DNA of 64,000 bases from a bacterium (GTDB lineage Bacteria; SAR324; NAC60-12). Numbering within the stretch: the stretch's first letter is position 1; every line of letters starts with the position of its first letter. Where the stretch lies: positions 96,001 through 160,000 of the forward strand of contig CBDBHR010000027.1 in assembly GCA_965205865.1 (NCBI GenBank), written 5' to 3'. The notes beneath the pieces are model-generated. The model was not told the DNA's origin, ran no database searches, and saw only the letters and a program-made list of their open reading frames with translations. Below, piece after piece: positions 1-10,755 of the stretch. The position numbers and the translations under genes are program-made.

Positions 1-1320
1 TCCGGGGAGGACGCCTTCCAGGAAATCGAGGTGGAGACTCCGGCCGAGACGCGTGTCGACGCCAGCACCGGTTTCAGCGGATTTTTCAAAGAAGAATTGA
101 ATTACAGCTATCAAAAACCTGATGCCGATTTACCGTTCATGCGAAGCGGAGCGGAGTGGACCAAGATCCGTTCCACTCTGAATTTGAGTTATCAGTTTCC
201 ACTTTCGGAAAAGTGGAGAGTGAAAGTCAGTGGAAATGCCTTTTACGATGCTTATTACAGTCAGAAAAATCGCAGTGATTTCTCCGCTGAAACTCTGAAC
301 GTGTTTGAAGCGGAAGCGGAATTACGGGACACCTTCATCGAAGGACCGATCACCGGTTCTTTATGGATCAAAGCGGGACGTCAAATCATGGCCTGGGGAG
401 AATCGGAAGTCACTGCGATTACGGACGTGGGCAATCCGCGGGACAATCGCGAGTTGGGGCTGGTTGACGTCGAAGATGCCCGTATGCCCGTTTGGGCGAG
501 CAAATTTTCCTACTCGAATGGAAGCTGGGAATGGAATCTGGTGGCAATTCATGAATTCCGTCCCAACAAAAGGGCCACGCCAGGGGCCGACTTCGATCCT
601 TATATTGGAATTCCATTCACTGTTGCGCCGGAAGCGCGACCCGGAAGCACGGGAAAGGAAACGGAGTGGTTGCTGCGGTTCTTCAAATCATTCAATGGAG
701 GCGACGTCGGTTTCGTTGCCGCCGATGTTTTTGCAGACGATCCCTATCTGGATTTCCAATCGCAGAATTCTACTTTCATACCCCGTTATAAGCGGACCCG
801 GACTTTTGGCGCTTCAGGTAATTATGTCAGTGGCCCCTGGCTGTTCAAATTCGAATTGGCCCGCAAACTTGGTGTGATTTTGGGCCGCAGGGAAGAAGAT
901 ATCAGGCGCCAATTGAAAAATGAAGTGCCGCACCCGCAAAGCTGGAGCGAGAAAGACCTGACCCAATTCATGTTGGGTTTTGATTACGTGGGAGTGTCGG
1001 ATTTGACAACGACGGTGGAAGTCAATATGACCAGAATCGAAGCCTATGAGCCCAATTTGTTCAATGAGGAGCATCGTGCCACTCTGGCCCTGGCCCTGCG
1101 TTACGACACCTGGTCCAACACGTTGCATCCTCGATTTGTTTGGGTACGACTGCCTCATGACAATGGGGATTTGTTGCGTCTGTCTGCCGATTATGATTTT
1201 ATGGATGCCTTGCAATTGTCGGGAGGAGTGGTTATCTATCAAGCAGATCGAAAAGATGACCTTCTCTATGCCTTCCGTAACAATGATCGCATACTGGTCA
1301 GCATGAAATATAGTTTTTAA
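1..1320 (+). CDS. Outer-membrane beta-barrel protein, DUF1302-like (5' end probably outside the window)
   Basis: Frame is open from base 1; ELRDTFIE..KAGRQIMAWG motif; C-terminal aromatic signature KYSF. Confidence 0.7.
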   Translation, partial: SGEDAFQEIEVETPAETRVDASTGFSGFFKEELNYSYQKPDADLPFMRSGAEWTKIRSTLNLSYQFPLSEKWRVKVSGNAFYDAYYSQKNRSDFSAETLNVFEAEAELRDTFIEGPITGSLWIKAGRQIMAWGESEVTAITDVGNPRDNRELGLVDVEDARMPVWASKFSYSNGSWEWNLVAIHEFRPNKRATPGADFDPYIGIPFTVAPEARPGSTGKETEWLLRFFKSFNGGDVGFVAADVFADDPYLDFQSQNSTFIPRYKRTRTFGASGNYVSGPWLFKFELARKLGVILGRREEDIRRQLKNEVPHPQSWSEKDLTQFMLGFDYVGVSDLTTTVEVNMTRIEAYEPNLFNEEHRATLALALRYDTWSNTLHPRFVWVRLPHDNGDLLRLSADYDFMDALQLSGGVVIYQADRKDDLLYAFRNNDRILVSMKYSF

Positions 1321-1373
1321 ACCGGAAGCTTCCCCAGAACAAAAAACGGGAAGTCCATTCAAAGGAGAATCCA

Positions 1374-1916
1374 ATGAAAAAACTCATCGTATTGTTGCTC
1401 ATCACTCTCGCTTCTTCCGCAATCCTGCTGGCTGAACTGCCGCTGAACGAAGTACCTCCCCAGGTGATCCTTTCCGGAGACGAGGGCGGATATGTCGACG
1501 GACGCGGGGCTTGGGACAGTGCCACCTTGAAAGAGCAAGTGAGCGTGATTTTTTATGTAGATCCGGATGAGAAGGATTTGAATGACAAAGCCTCCGATGC
1601 GCTCAGCGCGGATGAATCTCTGGGTGAAGCCAGGAAGGCTGGGGAATACGCCTCGTATGCCATCATCAATATGAAAGCCACCTGGATACCCAATGTGATA
1701 CTTAAAGGCGAGATTCAAAAGAATCAAAAAGAATTTCCCAATACCAATTTTGTGTTCGACATGAATGAGATTCTTCACAAAAAATGGAACATTGCCACAG
1801 ACAACAGCGACGTGGTGGTGTTGGATAAAGAAGGGAAAGTCGTCTTCAGCAAAGACGGTAAATTGTCGGATTCCGAAATCCAAGCCATGTTGCAGGCCAT
1901 CCATGCCAGTCTGTGA
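1374..1916 (+). CDS. YtfJ-family periplasmic thioredoxin-like protein
   Basis: AAGGAG RBS; signal peptide; W-S..L, FYVDPD and VVVLDKEGKV..KDGKLS motifs. Confidence 0.75.
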   Translation: MKKLIVLLLITLASSAILLAELPLNEVPPQVILSGDEGGYVDGRGAWDSATLKEQVSVIFYVDPDEKDLNDKASDALSADESLGEARKAGEYASYAIINMKATWIPNVILKGEIQKNQKEFPNTNFVFDMNEILHKKWNIATDNSDVVVLDKEGKVVFSKDGKLSDSEIQAMLQAIHASL

Positions 1917-1970
1917 ATCCGGTTTTGGCGATCAACATGCGCTGTCTTGGAATTTTTCCGATGGAGTCTC

Positions 1971-2666
1971 GTGCCGGTTTACAAGTTATCAGACGAAGTG
2001 CCGCTTTTTCCTCCTCAAAGCCATGCGGAGCCGGGGGGTCTGCTCGCGGTGGGAGGGGATTTGTCGACCGAGCGTCTGCTGGCTGCATACCGGCAGGGGA
2101 TTTTTCCCTGGTATGAAGAAGGGCAGCCCATTTTGTGGTGGAGCCCGGACCCCCGCTTGATTTTGGAACCCGCTTCCCTCAAAATTTCCCAAAGCTTGCG
2201 CAAAGTTCTCAAAAAGCAAATCTTTCAAATTAAAAGCGATACGGTATTCGAGCAGGTGATCCACGCCTGTGGAATGCCGCGCCGCCACGGCAAAGGGACT
2301 TGGATCACCGGGGACATGCGAAGAGCTTACACGCGCCTGCATGAGTTGGGATACGCCCATTCCGTGGAAAGTTGGTATGAGGAAAAACTGGTGGGGGGCT
2401 TGTACGGTGTTTTTCTGGGAAAATGTTTTTTTGGAGAATCGATGTTTTCCCGGAAGACCGATGCGTCCAAAATCGCCCTGGTGTCCCTGGTGGAACAATT
2501 AAAAAAATGGCAGGTGGAACTGATCGATTGCCAGGTCACTTCCAATCACCTGATCCGTATGGGGGCTCGGGAAATCTCACGTCAGGAATTTTTACGGCGT
2601 TTGAGCCTCGCCGTCGCATCTCCCGCCGTTCCTCGAAAATGGTCCTTTGGCGGCATAGCCAACTGA
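1971..2666 (+). CDS. aat: Leucyl/phenylalanyl-tRNA--protein transferase
   Basis: GLLAVGGDL, GIFPW, WWSPDPR, FFGESMFS and IDCQ motifs; GTG start after GGAG. Confidence 0.95.
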   Translation: MPVYKLSDEVPLFPPQSHAEPGGLLAVGGDLSTERLLAAYRQGIFPWYEEGQPILWWSPDPRLILEPASLKISQSLRKVLKKQIFQIKSDTVFEQVIHACGMPRRHGKGTWITGDMRRAYTRLHELGYAHSVESWYEEKLVGGLYGVFLGKCFFGESMFSRKTDASKIALVSLVEQLKKWQVELIDCQVTSNHLIRMGAREISRQEFLRRLSLAVASPAVPRKWSFGGIAN

Positions 2667-2688
2667 TCGGCTTTGCTGGTGGTTCCTT

Positions 2689-3801
2689 TCATGGAAGGCT
2701 GGCTTGATAGACTTGCAGGGTTTTCTTCAAAAACAAATCATGAGAAAAGTGTTGTTCTGCCTGCTCAAAAGCTCCACGGCTCAATTTTCTCAGTAAGCCT
2801 TCTTCTTCCAGGATCTTCCGTAATGCCTCACAGAGTTCTTCTGCCGTGGCAGCTTTTGTAACGATCCCGTTGACTCCGTTTTTTATGATTTCCGGCAGAC
2901 ATCCGGTCGGCGGCGCGATAACCGGGGTTCCCACCGAGATGAATTCCACCGCAACCCGGCAGATCATTTCCGAGTCCAAAGAACTTATGACTCCCACGTC
3001 GACGAATTTCATAATGCTGCGAATGTCTTTACGAAGCCCGATGAATCGGATGTGTGATTGTATCCCCAATTTTTTACTTTTTTCCTGAAGGGCCTGCAAT
3101 TCAGCGCTTTGGGGGTCCGCACTCTTATGCAATACCAGCAATGTAGTGAAGGGCAGGCGTTGCCTCAGTAGCCGGAAACTCTTCAGCAACAAATCATGTC
3201 CCTTCACCGGGCTGATCCTGCCCACAATGGCCAGGGTTCGATGATCCCTGGGAATGCCGAATTCTTTCGCATAGTGGACGCAGGGAGGAAGCTGCGGCCT
3301 GTCGATGGGGTAGTAGATGACGTTTTGTTTGTCTCGGGGAACCTCGATGGTCTTCAATATGCGTCCCAAGACCACTTGTCCCGTGAATATGTGGGCATCC
3401 ACCCAATCTCGATAAATTTTTTGATTGAACCATCCCCCGCGTACCGCGCGAGCGGTTCCCCGAGTACGGATCAGTCTGAATGATTTCAAGGTCCATTTCA
3501 ATAAAACGTATATAAAAAAACCTTCGGAACGATGCGGATTGACGATTTGAATTTGGCGGACGCGCAAAAAATGCTTCAATCGTCGATAGGATTTGTACAG
3601 TCGGATAGGATTGACCGTGTTCAATTCAATGTCCGTCAAAAGCGTCAAGCCACGTTGTTGAAGTTGTCCCGCGTTGGCCGTATGGGGTCGAGTCAGGACA
3701 TAGACGCGATGTCCCGCGCCTTCAAGCAGTTCAGCAGTAATAGCGGCATAGGCGGCATCCGCATTCCACCAGTGCACGTTGCTCCCTATCAAAATATTCA
3801 A
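2689..3801 (-). CDS. Glycosyltransferase family 4 (GT-B); start uncertain
   Basis: VGRISPVKGH, SSLDSEMICRVAVE and GCLPEII..GVNG motifs. Confidence 0.85.
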   Translation of the reverse strand: MNILIGSNVHWWNADAAYAAITAELLEGAGHRVYVLTRPHTANAGQLQQRGLTLLTDIELNTVNPIRLYKSYRRLKHFLRVRQIQIVNPHRSEGFFIYVLLKWTLKSFRLIRTRGTARAVRGGWFNQKIYRDWVDAHIFTGQVVLGRILKTIEVPRDKQNVIYYPIDRPQLPPCVHYAKEFGIPRDHRTLAIVGRISPVKGHDLLLKSFRLLRQRLPFTTLLVLHKSADPQSAELQALQEKSKKLGIQSHIRFIGLRKDIRSIMKFVDVGVISSLDSEMICRVAVEFISVGTPVIAPPTGCLPEIIKNGVNGIVTKAATAEELCEALRKILEEEGLLRKLSRGAFEQAEQHFSHDLFLKKTLQVYQASLP

Positions 3802-3814
3802 GGATTTCTTTGAT

Positions 3815-5206
3815 TTAGAATTCGGCGTTGTTCGGAACTCGGGGAAAGGGGATGACATCGCGAATATTGCTCATTCCGGTGACAAATTGGACCAGGCGCT
3901 CAAATCCGAGGCCGAAGCCGGAATGGGGAACCGTGCCAAAGCGGCGCAATTCCAGATACCAACTATAATGCGTTTCGTCCATTCCCAACTCTCGCATGCG
4001 CTCGAGGAGCAGGTCATGGCGTTCTTCACGTTGGGAACCTCCGATCAACTCGCCCAAATCAGGAAAAAGCACGTCCATGGCGGCCACGGTTTTGCCGTCA
4101 TCGTTCTGCCGCATGTAGAACGCTTTGAGGGTTTTCGGATAATCGACGACAATCAGCGGGCGCTTGAAGTGTTGTTCGGTAAGAAAGCGTTCATGTTCCG
4201 ACTGCAAATCGGAACCCCATTGCACCGGGAATTCAAAAGGATGGTCGGTATTTCGCAGAATCTCCACGGCTTCGTCATAGGTGATTTTTTTGAAAGTGGA
4301 CTGAACGATACCTTGCAAGGTCGCCATCAGGGTCCTGTTGTAGAATTTTTGCAGGAAGGCGAGATCTTCGGCATGGCGCTCCAGGCAGAAAGTGAGTAAA
4401 TACTTCAGAAATTCCTCTGCCAACCGGCACATCTCATCCAAATCACAGAAAGCCATTTCAGGTTCGATCATCCAAAATTCCGCCAGGTGTCGCGAAGTGT
4501 TCGAATTTTCCGCGCGGAAGGTGGGGCCGAAAGTATAAACGTCACTGAGAGCCAGAGCAAAAATTTCGGCTTCCAATTGTCCCGAGACCGTCAGATAAAC
4601 TGGTTTGCCAAAAAAATCCCGGGAATAGTCGAGCGCCCCCGTCTCGTTATTTGGGGGATGCTCCGGATCAAAGGTAGTCACCCGGAACAATTCTCCACTG
4701 CCTTCCGCATCACTGGCGGTGATGATTGGGGCATGGAGATAGTGGAAATGACGCTCCTGGAAAAAGTGATGGACCGCCTGAGCGAGGCCATTTCGCACAC
4801 GGAAGACGCAACCCATCGTATTGGTGCGCGGACGCAAGTGGGCGATTTCCCGTAAAAATTCCAGCGTGTGTCCTTTTTTCTGCAGAGGATAACTGTCTCC
4901 CGGCGCATTGCCATAGATTTTGAGCTTTCGTCCCTGTATCTCGAAGGCTTGCCCTTTTCCGGGAGAAACGACCAAGGGTCCGATCACTTCGATGGCAGCG
5001 CCCGTGTTGAGAGAAAGCACTTGCTCGTAGTTCTGCAAATCCGCGTCGACGATGATCTGAATTCCTTTCTGATTGGAGCCGTCATTGAGGTTGATGAAGG
5101 AGAGGTTTTTTGAATCACGCTTGGTTCGAATCCATCCGCGGACGCAAACCTGCCGGTCACATGGATTTCCTGCTGACAAAGCGTCTATTTTTGTACGTGA
5201 AGGCAT
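3815..5206 (-). CDS. asnS: Asparagine--tRNA ligase
   Basis: [37 protein letters not shown] and GFGLGFERL motifs. Confidence 0.97.
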   Translation of the reverse strand: MPSRTKIDALSAGNPCDRQVCVRGWIRTKRDSKNLSFINLNDGSNQKGIQIIVDADLQNYEQVLSLNTGAAIEVIGPLVVSPGKGQAFEIQGRKLKIYGNAPGDSYPLQKKGHTLEFLREIAHLRPRTNTMGCVFRVRNGLAQAVHHFFQERHFHYLHAPIITASDAEGSGELFRVTTFDPEHPPNNETGALDYSRDFFGKPVYLTVSGQLEAEIFALALSDVYTFGPTFRAENSNTSRHLAEFWMIEPEMAFCDLDEMCRLAEEFLKYLLTFCLERHAEDLAFLQKFYNRTLMATLQGIVQSTFKKITYDEAVEILRNTDHPFEFPVQWGSDLQSEHERFLTEQHFKRPLIVVDYPKTLKAFYMRQNDDGKTVAAMDVLFPDLGELIGGSQREERHDLLLERMRELGMDETHYSWYLELRRFGTVPHSGFGLGFERLVQFVTGMSNIRDVIPFPRVPNNAEF

Positions 5207-5252
5207 GATTTTCCGGAGTCGCGTTTCAGTTCATCAAAGAAGGAGAGGATGT

Positions 5253-7016
5253 TCAGTCCCGGCGATTATTGATTTTCTGCAAAACGATACTTTGGAATGC
5301 TTCAAATGCCAGGATTTGTTGCTCTTGCACGCCATATTTTTTCCAGGTGACCGCTTGCGTTGCCTGTTCTTTTTCCCCCACAATCAACAAATTCGGGATT
5401 TTTGCAGTCGCGCCATTGCGGATTTTTTTGCCGAACGATTGATGGGAATCGTCGACTTCCGCGCGTATAAAATGACTACGTAAGGCGTTCCGCAAGCCCT
5501 GCGCATACTCATTGAAAACAGGAGCAACCGGCAATACCCGCACTTGAACGGGAGAAAGCCAGGTGGGAAAGGCTCCTCCGTAGTGTTCGATCAAAAATGC
5601 GCAAAATCGCTCGTGGGTTCCCAATGGGGCCCGGTGGAGAATGACCGGCCTGTGGTGCTCATTATCGGCGCCAACGTAGGAAAGATCGAATCGTTCAGGC
5701 TGGATCATATCCAACTGGTTGGTTGAAGCGGTTTCTTCTCTACCCACCACGTTGACGATTTGAAAATCGATTTTCGGGCCGTAAAATGCGGCTTCACCCC
5801 TCACGGATTCGTAGGGCACGCCGACCTCATCCATGGCCTCGGTGACGATCTTTTCCGCAGTTTCCCAGACTTGCCAATCGGAAACAAATTTTTTACTGTC
5901 TTCGTCAGACAGGGACAATCGCACCCAATAGTCCTTCAGGCCGAACAGTTCATAATAATCCAGGTGCAAGCGCACCACTCGGATGAATTCATCTTTTACT
6001 TGATCAGGAGCGCAATAAATGTGTGAATCGTTCATGGTGAATCCACGAACCCTGAGCAAGCCCGTCAATTCACCCGACTGTTCGTAACGATAACAAGTTC
6101 CGTATTCCGCCAGTCGCAAGGGCAGGTCCCGGTAGCTTCGGGAGGCCGATTTGTAGATCATGTGGTGAAACGGACAGTTCATGGGCTTGAGATACAGCTT
6201 CTCGCCATCCACTTCCATGGGAGCAAACATGCCTTCCGTATAATAGGACAAATGCCCGGAAGTGGCGTACAGATTTTCTTTGGCGATATGCGGAGTGGCG
6301 ACCCGCTGGTAACCTCCCTGAAACTCCTTTTCCTTGGCCAGTTTTTCCAATTCATCCCGCAAAATCGTACCGTTGGGCAGCCAGAGCGGCAAGCCCTTGC
6401 CGACATCCTCCTCGATAATGAAATATTGCTGTTGCGTGTTGAGCTTGCGATGATCGCGCTCCAAAGCCAATTTGCGCAACTTCAGAAAGTCACGCAGCGC
6501 ATCGCCGGATTCAAATGCCAGCCCATAAACCCTTTGAAGCATCTTGTTTTCTTCAGAACCCCGCCAGTAAGCTCCTGCCAACGAATCGAGCGTGAAACAA
6601 TCCAAGGGAATTTCCCGGGTTGTTGCCACGTGCGGACCTTCACACATGTCCCAAAACGGGCCGTTGTTGTAAATACTGAAAGTGCTTTCCCCTTTTTCCT
6701 TCAAATCGCGGACGTATTCGACCTTATAGGATTGATCCTCGGCTTCCAGCCGGTTTACCAACGCATCGAAGGGTAAATCTTCCCGTTGAAATTTCTGGTT
6801 GGCCTTGATGATTTGCTTCATCTTTTTTTCCAGCACTTTCAAATCCTGCGGAGTCAATGCTTCTTCGAAATCGAAATCATAATAAAATCCTGTATCAGTA
6901 GGCGGGCCAAATCCCAGCTTGGCACCAGGACGGATGTCCAAGACGGATTGGGCCAGAATATGCGCCAGCGAGTGTCTGATTTCGTAGAGATGGGAATTAT
7001 GATCCGGTTTTTCCAT
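5253..7016 (-). CDS. thrS: Threonine--tRNA ligase, short form without the N-terminal TGS domain
   Basis: HSLAH, DMCEGPHV, LKPMNCP, GLLRVRGFT and GEAAFYGPKID motifs. Confidence 0.97.
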   Translation of the reverse strand: MEKPDHNSHLYEIRHSLAHILAQSVLDIRPGAKLGFGPPTDTGFYYDFDFEEALTPQDLKVLEKKMKQIIKANQKFQREDLPFDALVNRLEAEDQSYKVEYVRDLKEKGESTFSIYNNGPFWDMCEGPHVATTREIPLDCFTLDSLAGAYWRGSEENKMLQRVYGLAFESGDALRDFLKLRKLALERDHRKLNTQQQYFIIEEDVGKGLPLWLPNGTILRDELEKLAKEKEFQGGYQRVATPHIAKENLYATSGHLSYYTEGMFAPMEVDGEKLYLKPMNCPFHHMIYKSASRSYRDLPLRLAEYGTCYRYEQSGELTGLLRVRGFTMNDSHIYCAPDQVKDEFIRVVRLHLDYYELFGLKDYWVRLSLSDEDSKKFVSDWQVWETAEKIVTEAMDEVGVPYESVRGEAAFYGPKIDFQIVNVVGREETASTNQLDMIQPERFDLSYVGADNEHHRPVILHRAPLGTHERFCAFLIEHYGGAFPTWLSPVQVRVLPVAPVFNEYAQGLRNALRSHFIRAEVDDSHQSFGKKIRNGATAKIPNLLIVGEKEQATQAVTWKKYGVQEQQILAFEAFQSIVLQKINNRRD

Positions 7017-7076
7017 TCTTTTTACTCCAGTGAGGATGCTTTGCGAGGATTCCTCCTCAAAAAAACACCAGGTACG

Positions 7077-8297
7077 TTATCGGAGAAGTGCTTTCAAGTT
7101 CACATTTTCGTCTGCCAACTGACTACGGGTGACGGATTTGCGACGGGCCATCAGGCGCTTGGCGATTTGCATGACGCGGGGTTGATTGATTGTTATGGTT
7201 GCAGAGAGAAATCCATTTTCTTCAAAAAAGATCGCCCTGCTGTCCTCTTGCGGATTTCCCCGAAGAATAGGCGTCGTCCAACTAGTGGGGACGCCGAGCA
7301 TCTGGATTTTGACGTCGAATTGATCCGACCAGAACCAGGGAATCACTTCAAGTCCGCTGTCATGGTTCAAAATGATTTTGGCCACCGTTTCGGCCGAATG
7401 CATGGCATTGGCCCAGGATTCCAGGCGCAGGGAGTTTTTGCGACTTTCATCGTAACGGTTGGCCGTATCCCCGATAGCGAAGATTTTTTCGTCGGAAGTA
7501 CGCCAGTCACCGTCCACGGCGATCCCGTTGTCGATACGCAAGCCCGCTTCTTCTCCCAGACGGGTTTCGGGGGCAAGTCCAATGCCTACCAGTAAATGAT
7601 CCGCTTCCAGTGACGGTCCATTTGCCAGGATGACCTTGACTTTCTCGGAGTCGATGATCCATTCGTCAGCCTGCGCATCGAGATGAATTCGAATTCCGTG
7701 GCGCCGGTGAAGATCGAGGAGATAGTCCGATAAGATGGGTGGCACCGCACGTGCGCAGAGACGGTCCTGCGCTTCCACGACGGTGACGGCAACATTGTGA
7801 CTGGCTGCCGTGGCAGCCACTTCCAGACCAATCCATCCTCCACCGAGCACCAGCAGACTATTGCCGGAGACCAGGGCCTCTTTCAGGCGTAAAGAATCTT
7901 CAATCGTGCGAATAACGTGCACTCGATCCCCCTGAAGACCGGAGAGGGTACGGGCTCTTCCTCCCGTTGCCAGTACGAGCCGGTCGTAGGCGACGCTGTT
8001 TCCGGAGTGCAGTCGAATCGATTGCTCGGGGCGGTTGATTGCCACTACCGGATCATTTGCCAGAAAATTCAACTGCAACTCCTCAATAGCGCTGTCACTA
8101 TACAAAAGGCAAATATCCGGCTCATCGGCGCCGGAAAGAACCGATTTGGACAAAGGGGGACGTTCGTATGGTAGATGATTTTCATCGCCGATCAAAGTGA
8201 TCGTCCCTGAGAATCCTTCCTTGCGTAAGGATTTGGCGCACCATCCTCCCGCCTGACCGGCTCCCACGATGACAATGGAATCAAGGGTGTCACTCAT
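7077..8297 (-). CDS. FAD/NAD(P)-dependent ferredoxin reductase
   Basis: GAGQAG, PYERPPLSK, GGGWIGLE, RLESW and PWFWSDQ motifs. Confidence 0.92.
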   Translation of the reverse strand: MSDTLDSIVIVGAGQAGGWCAKSLRKEGFSGTITLIGDENHLPYERPPLSKSVLSGADEPDICLLYSDSAIEELQLNFLANDPVVAINRPEQSIRLHSGNSVAYDRLVLATGGRARTLSGLQGDRVHVIRTIEDSLRLKEALVSGNSLLVLGGGWIGLEVAATAASHNVAVTVVEAQDRLCARAVPPILSDYLLDLHRRHGIRIHLDAQADEWIIDSEKVKVILANGPSLEADHLLVGIGLAPETRLGEEAGLRIDNGIAVDGDWRTSDEKIFAIGDTANRYDESRKNSLRLESWANAMHSAETVAKIILNHDSGLEVIPWFWSDQFDVKIQMLGVPTSWTTPILRGNPQEDSRAIFFEENGFLSATITINQPRVMQIAKRLMARRKSVTRSQLADENVNLKALLR

Positions 8298-8374
8298 TTC
8301 AGTTCTCTTTCTTACTCGCGTTGATGACGACGATGCCGTCCGAAAGGGCGACTGCGGCATAAAAAATCCGCCCC

Positions 8375-8689
8375 TTATGCCTGCACCAGAATTTGATCCC
8401 CTTCGGTTTTGACGGGAAATGTCTGCAAGTCACGGTCCGCCGGTCCACTCAGTAACTTGCCATTGGTGATATCAAAGGTTGCTTCATGAAGGGGACACTC
8501 CACTTCACACCCTTCAATGAAACCCTCGGTTAATATTGCAAAGGCATGAGGACAGACGTCCTCTATGGCATGATACTCCTCTCCTATCTGGTAGATTCCA
8601 ATCGCAATTCCATTGACCTCGACCGAAAGAGGTTGATCTACCTTGATTTTGGAAACACTGCCCACCTGGCGCCATTTTGCATCTGACAT
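8375..8689 (-). CDS. Rieske-type [2Fe-2S] ferredoxin
   Basis: CPH...CPLH ligands; GGAG RBS. Confidence 0.93.
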   Translation of the reverse strand: MSDAKWRQVGSVSKIKVDQPLSVEVNGIAIGIYQIGEEYHAIEDVCPHAFAILTEGFIEGCEVECPLHEATFDITNGKLLSGPADRDLQTFPVKTEGDQILVQA

Positions 8690-9001
8690 GAAAACTCCTC
8701 TATTAATGCAGTTTGCGTATGATATTCAAGACTTGGAACTATGTTTGATCTCTAAAATAAATTTCCCGGAAAAGGAATCAAGCTAAAATTTTATTTTGGA
8801 AAGAAGAGGGCGTAGGTATGAAGGACGCGCAAAGCTCTTTGCGGGAGGAAGCATATAAGTTGAAAGTTTTATTGGCTTTGTTATTTTCTTTGCACGGCAG
8901 TGGAGAAATCGGATAACCAAAAGAGCAAAACAGGGCGCATGGAAAAATCACGCCAAACCGGTTATCTTGATTTGTATAAGGAATTGAAAAAAGGAGCGCA
9001 G

Positions 9002-9259
9002 ATGGCATTACAAGAAGAATTCGAAAAGGCGGCGGCAGAAGCAACGCAGCTACCCGAGCGTCCGAGTAACGAGGTCCTCCTGGAATTGTACGGCTTGTAC
9101 AAGCAGGGGATGAAAGGAGACGTGAGTGGAGAGGCGCCCGGTATGATGGAATTCGTCGCAAGGGCGAAATACAATGCCTGGCAACAGTTGAAAGGGACGT
9201 CCCGGCAGGAAGCGCAACTAAAGTATGTGGACCGGGTCAATACGCTGAAAGGAGCGTGA
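9002..9259 (+). CDS. Acyl-CoA-binding protein (ACBP)
   Basis: LLELYGLYKQG..GD and AKYNAW motifs; AAGGAG RBS. Confidence 0.9.
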   Translation: MALQEEFEKAAAEATQLPERPSNEVLLELYGLYKQGMKGDVSGEAPGMMEFVARAKYNAWQQLKGTSRQEAQLKYVDRVNTLKGA

Positions 9260-10743
9260 AGCCTTTGCAAGCGATTTTTGAATTGTCTCTGCAGCAATTG
9301 GTAGAGCGGATCAGAACCGGACGAATCAAGGCGCGCGACCTTTTGGCGTCCGTTTATGACAATATAGAACGCTATGACGGCCAATTGAACGTCTTCCTTT
9401 CCCTGGTGGACAAAAACCGGGCGATGCGATGGGCGGAAGCGATCGATGGCAAAGCCGTCAAGGGAGAGCCTTTGGGAAAGCTCGCGGGAATTCCGGTGGC
9501 CTTGAAGGACAATATTGCGATTGAGGATGCGCAACTGAAAACGACCTGCGCCTCGCGAATCCTGGAAAACTTTCAAGCGCCTTACAATGCGACGGTTGTG
9601 GAAAAGCTGCTCCGGGAAGACGCCTTGATCATAGGCAAAACCAATATGGATGAATTTGCCATGGGTTCCTCCACCGAAAATTCCGCGTATCTGCCCACCA
9701 GAAATCCCTGGAACCCGGAAAGGGTGCCGGGAGGCAGCAGTGGGGGTGCGGCCGTTTCAATTGCAACCGGCATGGCTCTGTTGGCATTGGGGTCTGATAC
9801 CGGAGGATCCATTCGGCAGCCTGCGGCCTTTTGCGGAATTACGGGGGTGAAACCCACCTACGGGAGAGTCTCTCGATATGGTTTAGTGGCCTATGGCTCT
9901 TCCCTGGACCAAATCGGATGTTTGGCAAGGAGTGCCGAAAATTGCGCCTATGGACTTTCCGTCATCCAGGGCTACGATTCCAGAGACAGCACGTCCGCGC
10001 ACGTCGATGCCATGGTGGCTCCTGAAACTATTGATTTATCCCAATTGAAATTTTGCTTCCCTCTTGAATATAGGGACGAGAAAACGGCTAGCGCGGACAT
10101 TATTGAAAGTACCGTGGAAATGGTGAGTCTCTTGAAAAAAAAAGGCGCTGTGGTGAAAGAATGCTCCCTTCCCTTCACTCGTTATCTCGTCCCCACCTAC
10201 TACATTCTGGCGTTTGCGGAAGCAAGCTCCAATCTCGGACGATTTGATGGCATCCGTTACGGAGTGAGAGAGCAAGGGGGATCGACCCTGGATTCGCTCT
10301 ATAAAAAGTCACGCAGTCAGGGATTCGGCACCGAAGTGAAACGGCGGATCATGTTGGGAACCTTCGTCCTCAGCTCCGGATATTATGACCAGTACTATGG
10401 AAAAGCCAGCAAAGTGAGGACATTGATCGAAAAGGAAGTCGAGACACTGCTCAACGAGTTTGATTTCATCATCGGGCCGGTCTCTCCTTTTCCCCCATTC
10501 AAACTTGGAGAGAAAACGGAGGATCCGCTATTGATGTATCTGGCGGACGTATACAGTGTCTTGGCCAATCTGACACGCGCCCCTGCAATTTCAATTCCAG
10601 GCAAACCTTCCCGAGAAGGTCTACCGATTGGCGTGCAACTCCTGGGGCGCAAGTTTGAGGACGCCCATCTGCTGGCGACGGCGGAGGCCATTCAAAAAAT
10701 CACCAATTACCATACCCGGCAACCCCCTGATTTCCGGAAATGA
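9256..10743 (+). CDS. gatA: Asp-tRNA(Asn)/Glu-tRNA(Gln) amidotransferase subunit A
   Basis: GKTNMDEFAMGSSTENS, PGGSSGG, SDTGGSIRQPA, EASSNLGRFDGIRYG and EVKRRIMLG motifs. Confidence 0.96.
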   Translation: MKPLQAIFELSLQQLVERIRTGRIKARDLLASVYDNIERYDGQLNVFLSLVDKNRAMRWAEAIDGKAVKGEPLGKLAGIPVALKDNIAIEDAQLKTTCASRILENFQAPYNATVVEKLLREDALIIGKTNMDEFAMGSSTENSAYLPTRNPWNPERVPGGSSGGAAVSIATGMALLALGSDTGGSIRQPAAFCGITGVKPTYGRVSRYGLVAYGSSLDQIGCLARSAENCAYGLSVIQGYDSRDSTSAHVDAMVAPETIDLSQLKFCFPLEYRDEKTASADIIESTVEMVSLLKKKGAVVKECSLPFTRYLVPTYYILAFAEASSNLGRFDGIRYGVREQGGSTLDSLYKKSRSQGFGTEVKRRIMLGTFVLSSGYYDQYYGKASKVRTLIEKEVETLLNEFDFIIGPVSPFPPFKLGEKTEDPLLMYLADVYSVLANLTRAPAISIPGKPSREGLPIGVQLLGRKFEDAHLLATAEAIQKITNYHTRQPPDFRK

Positions 10744-10755
10744 GAGGAGTCCGAC

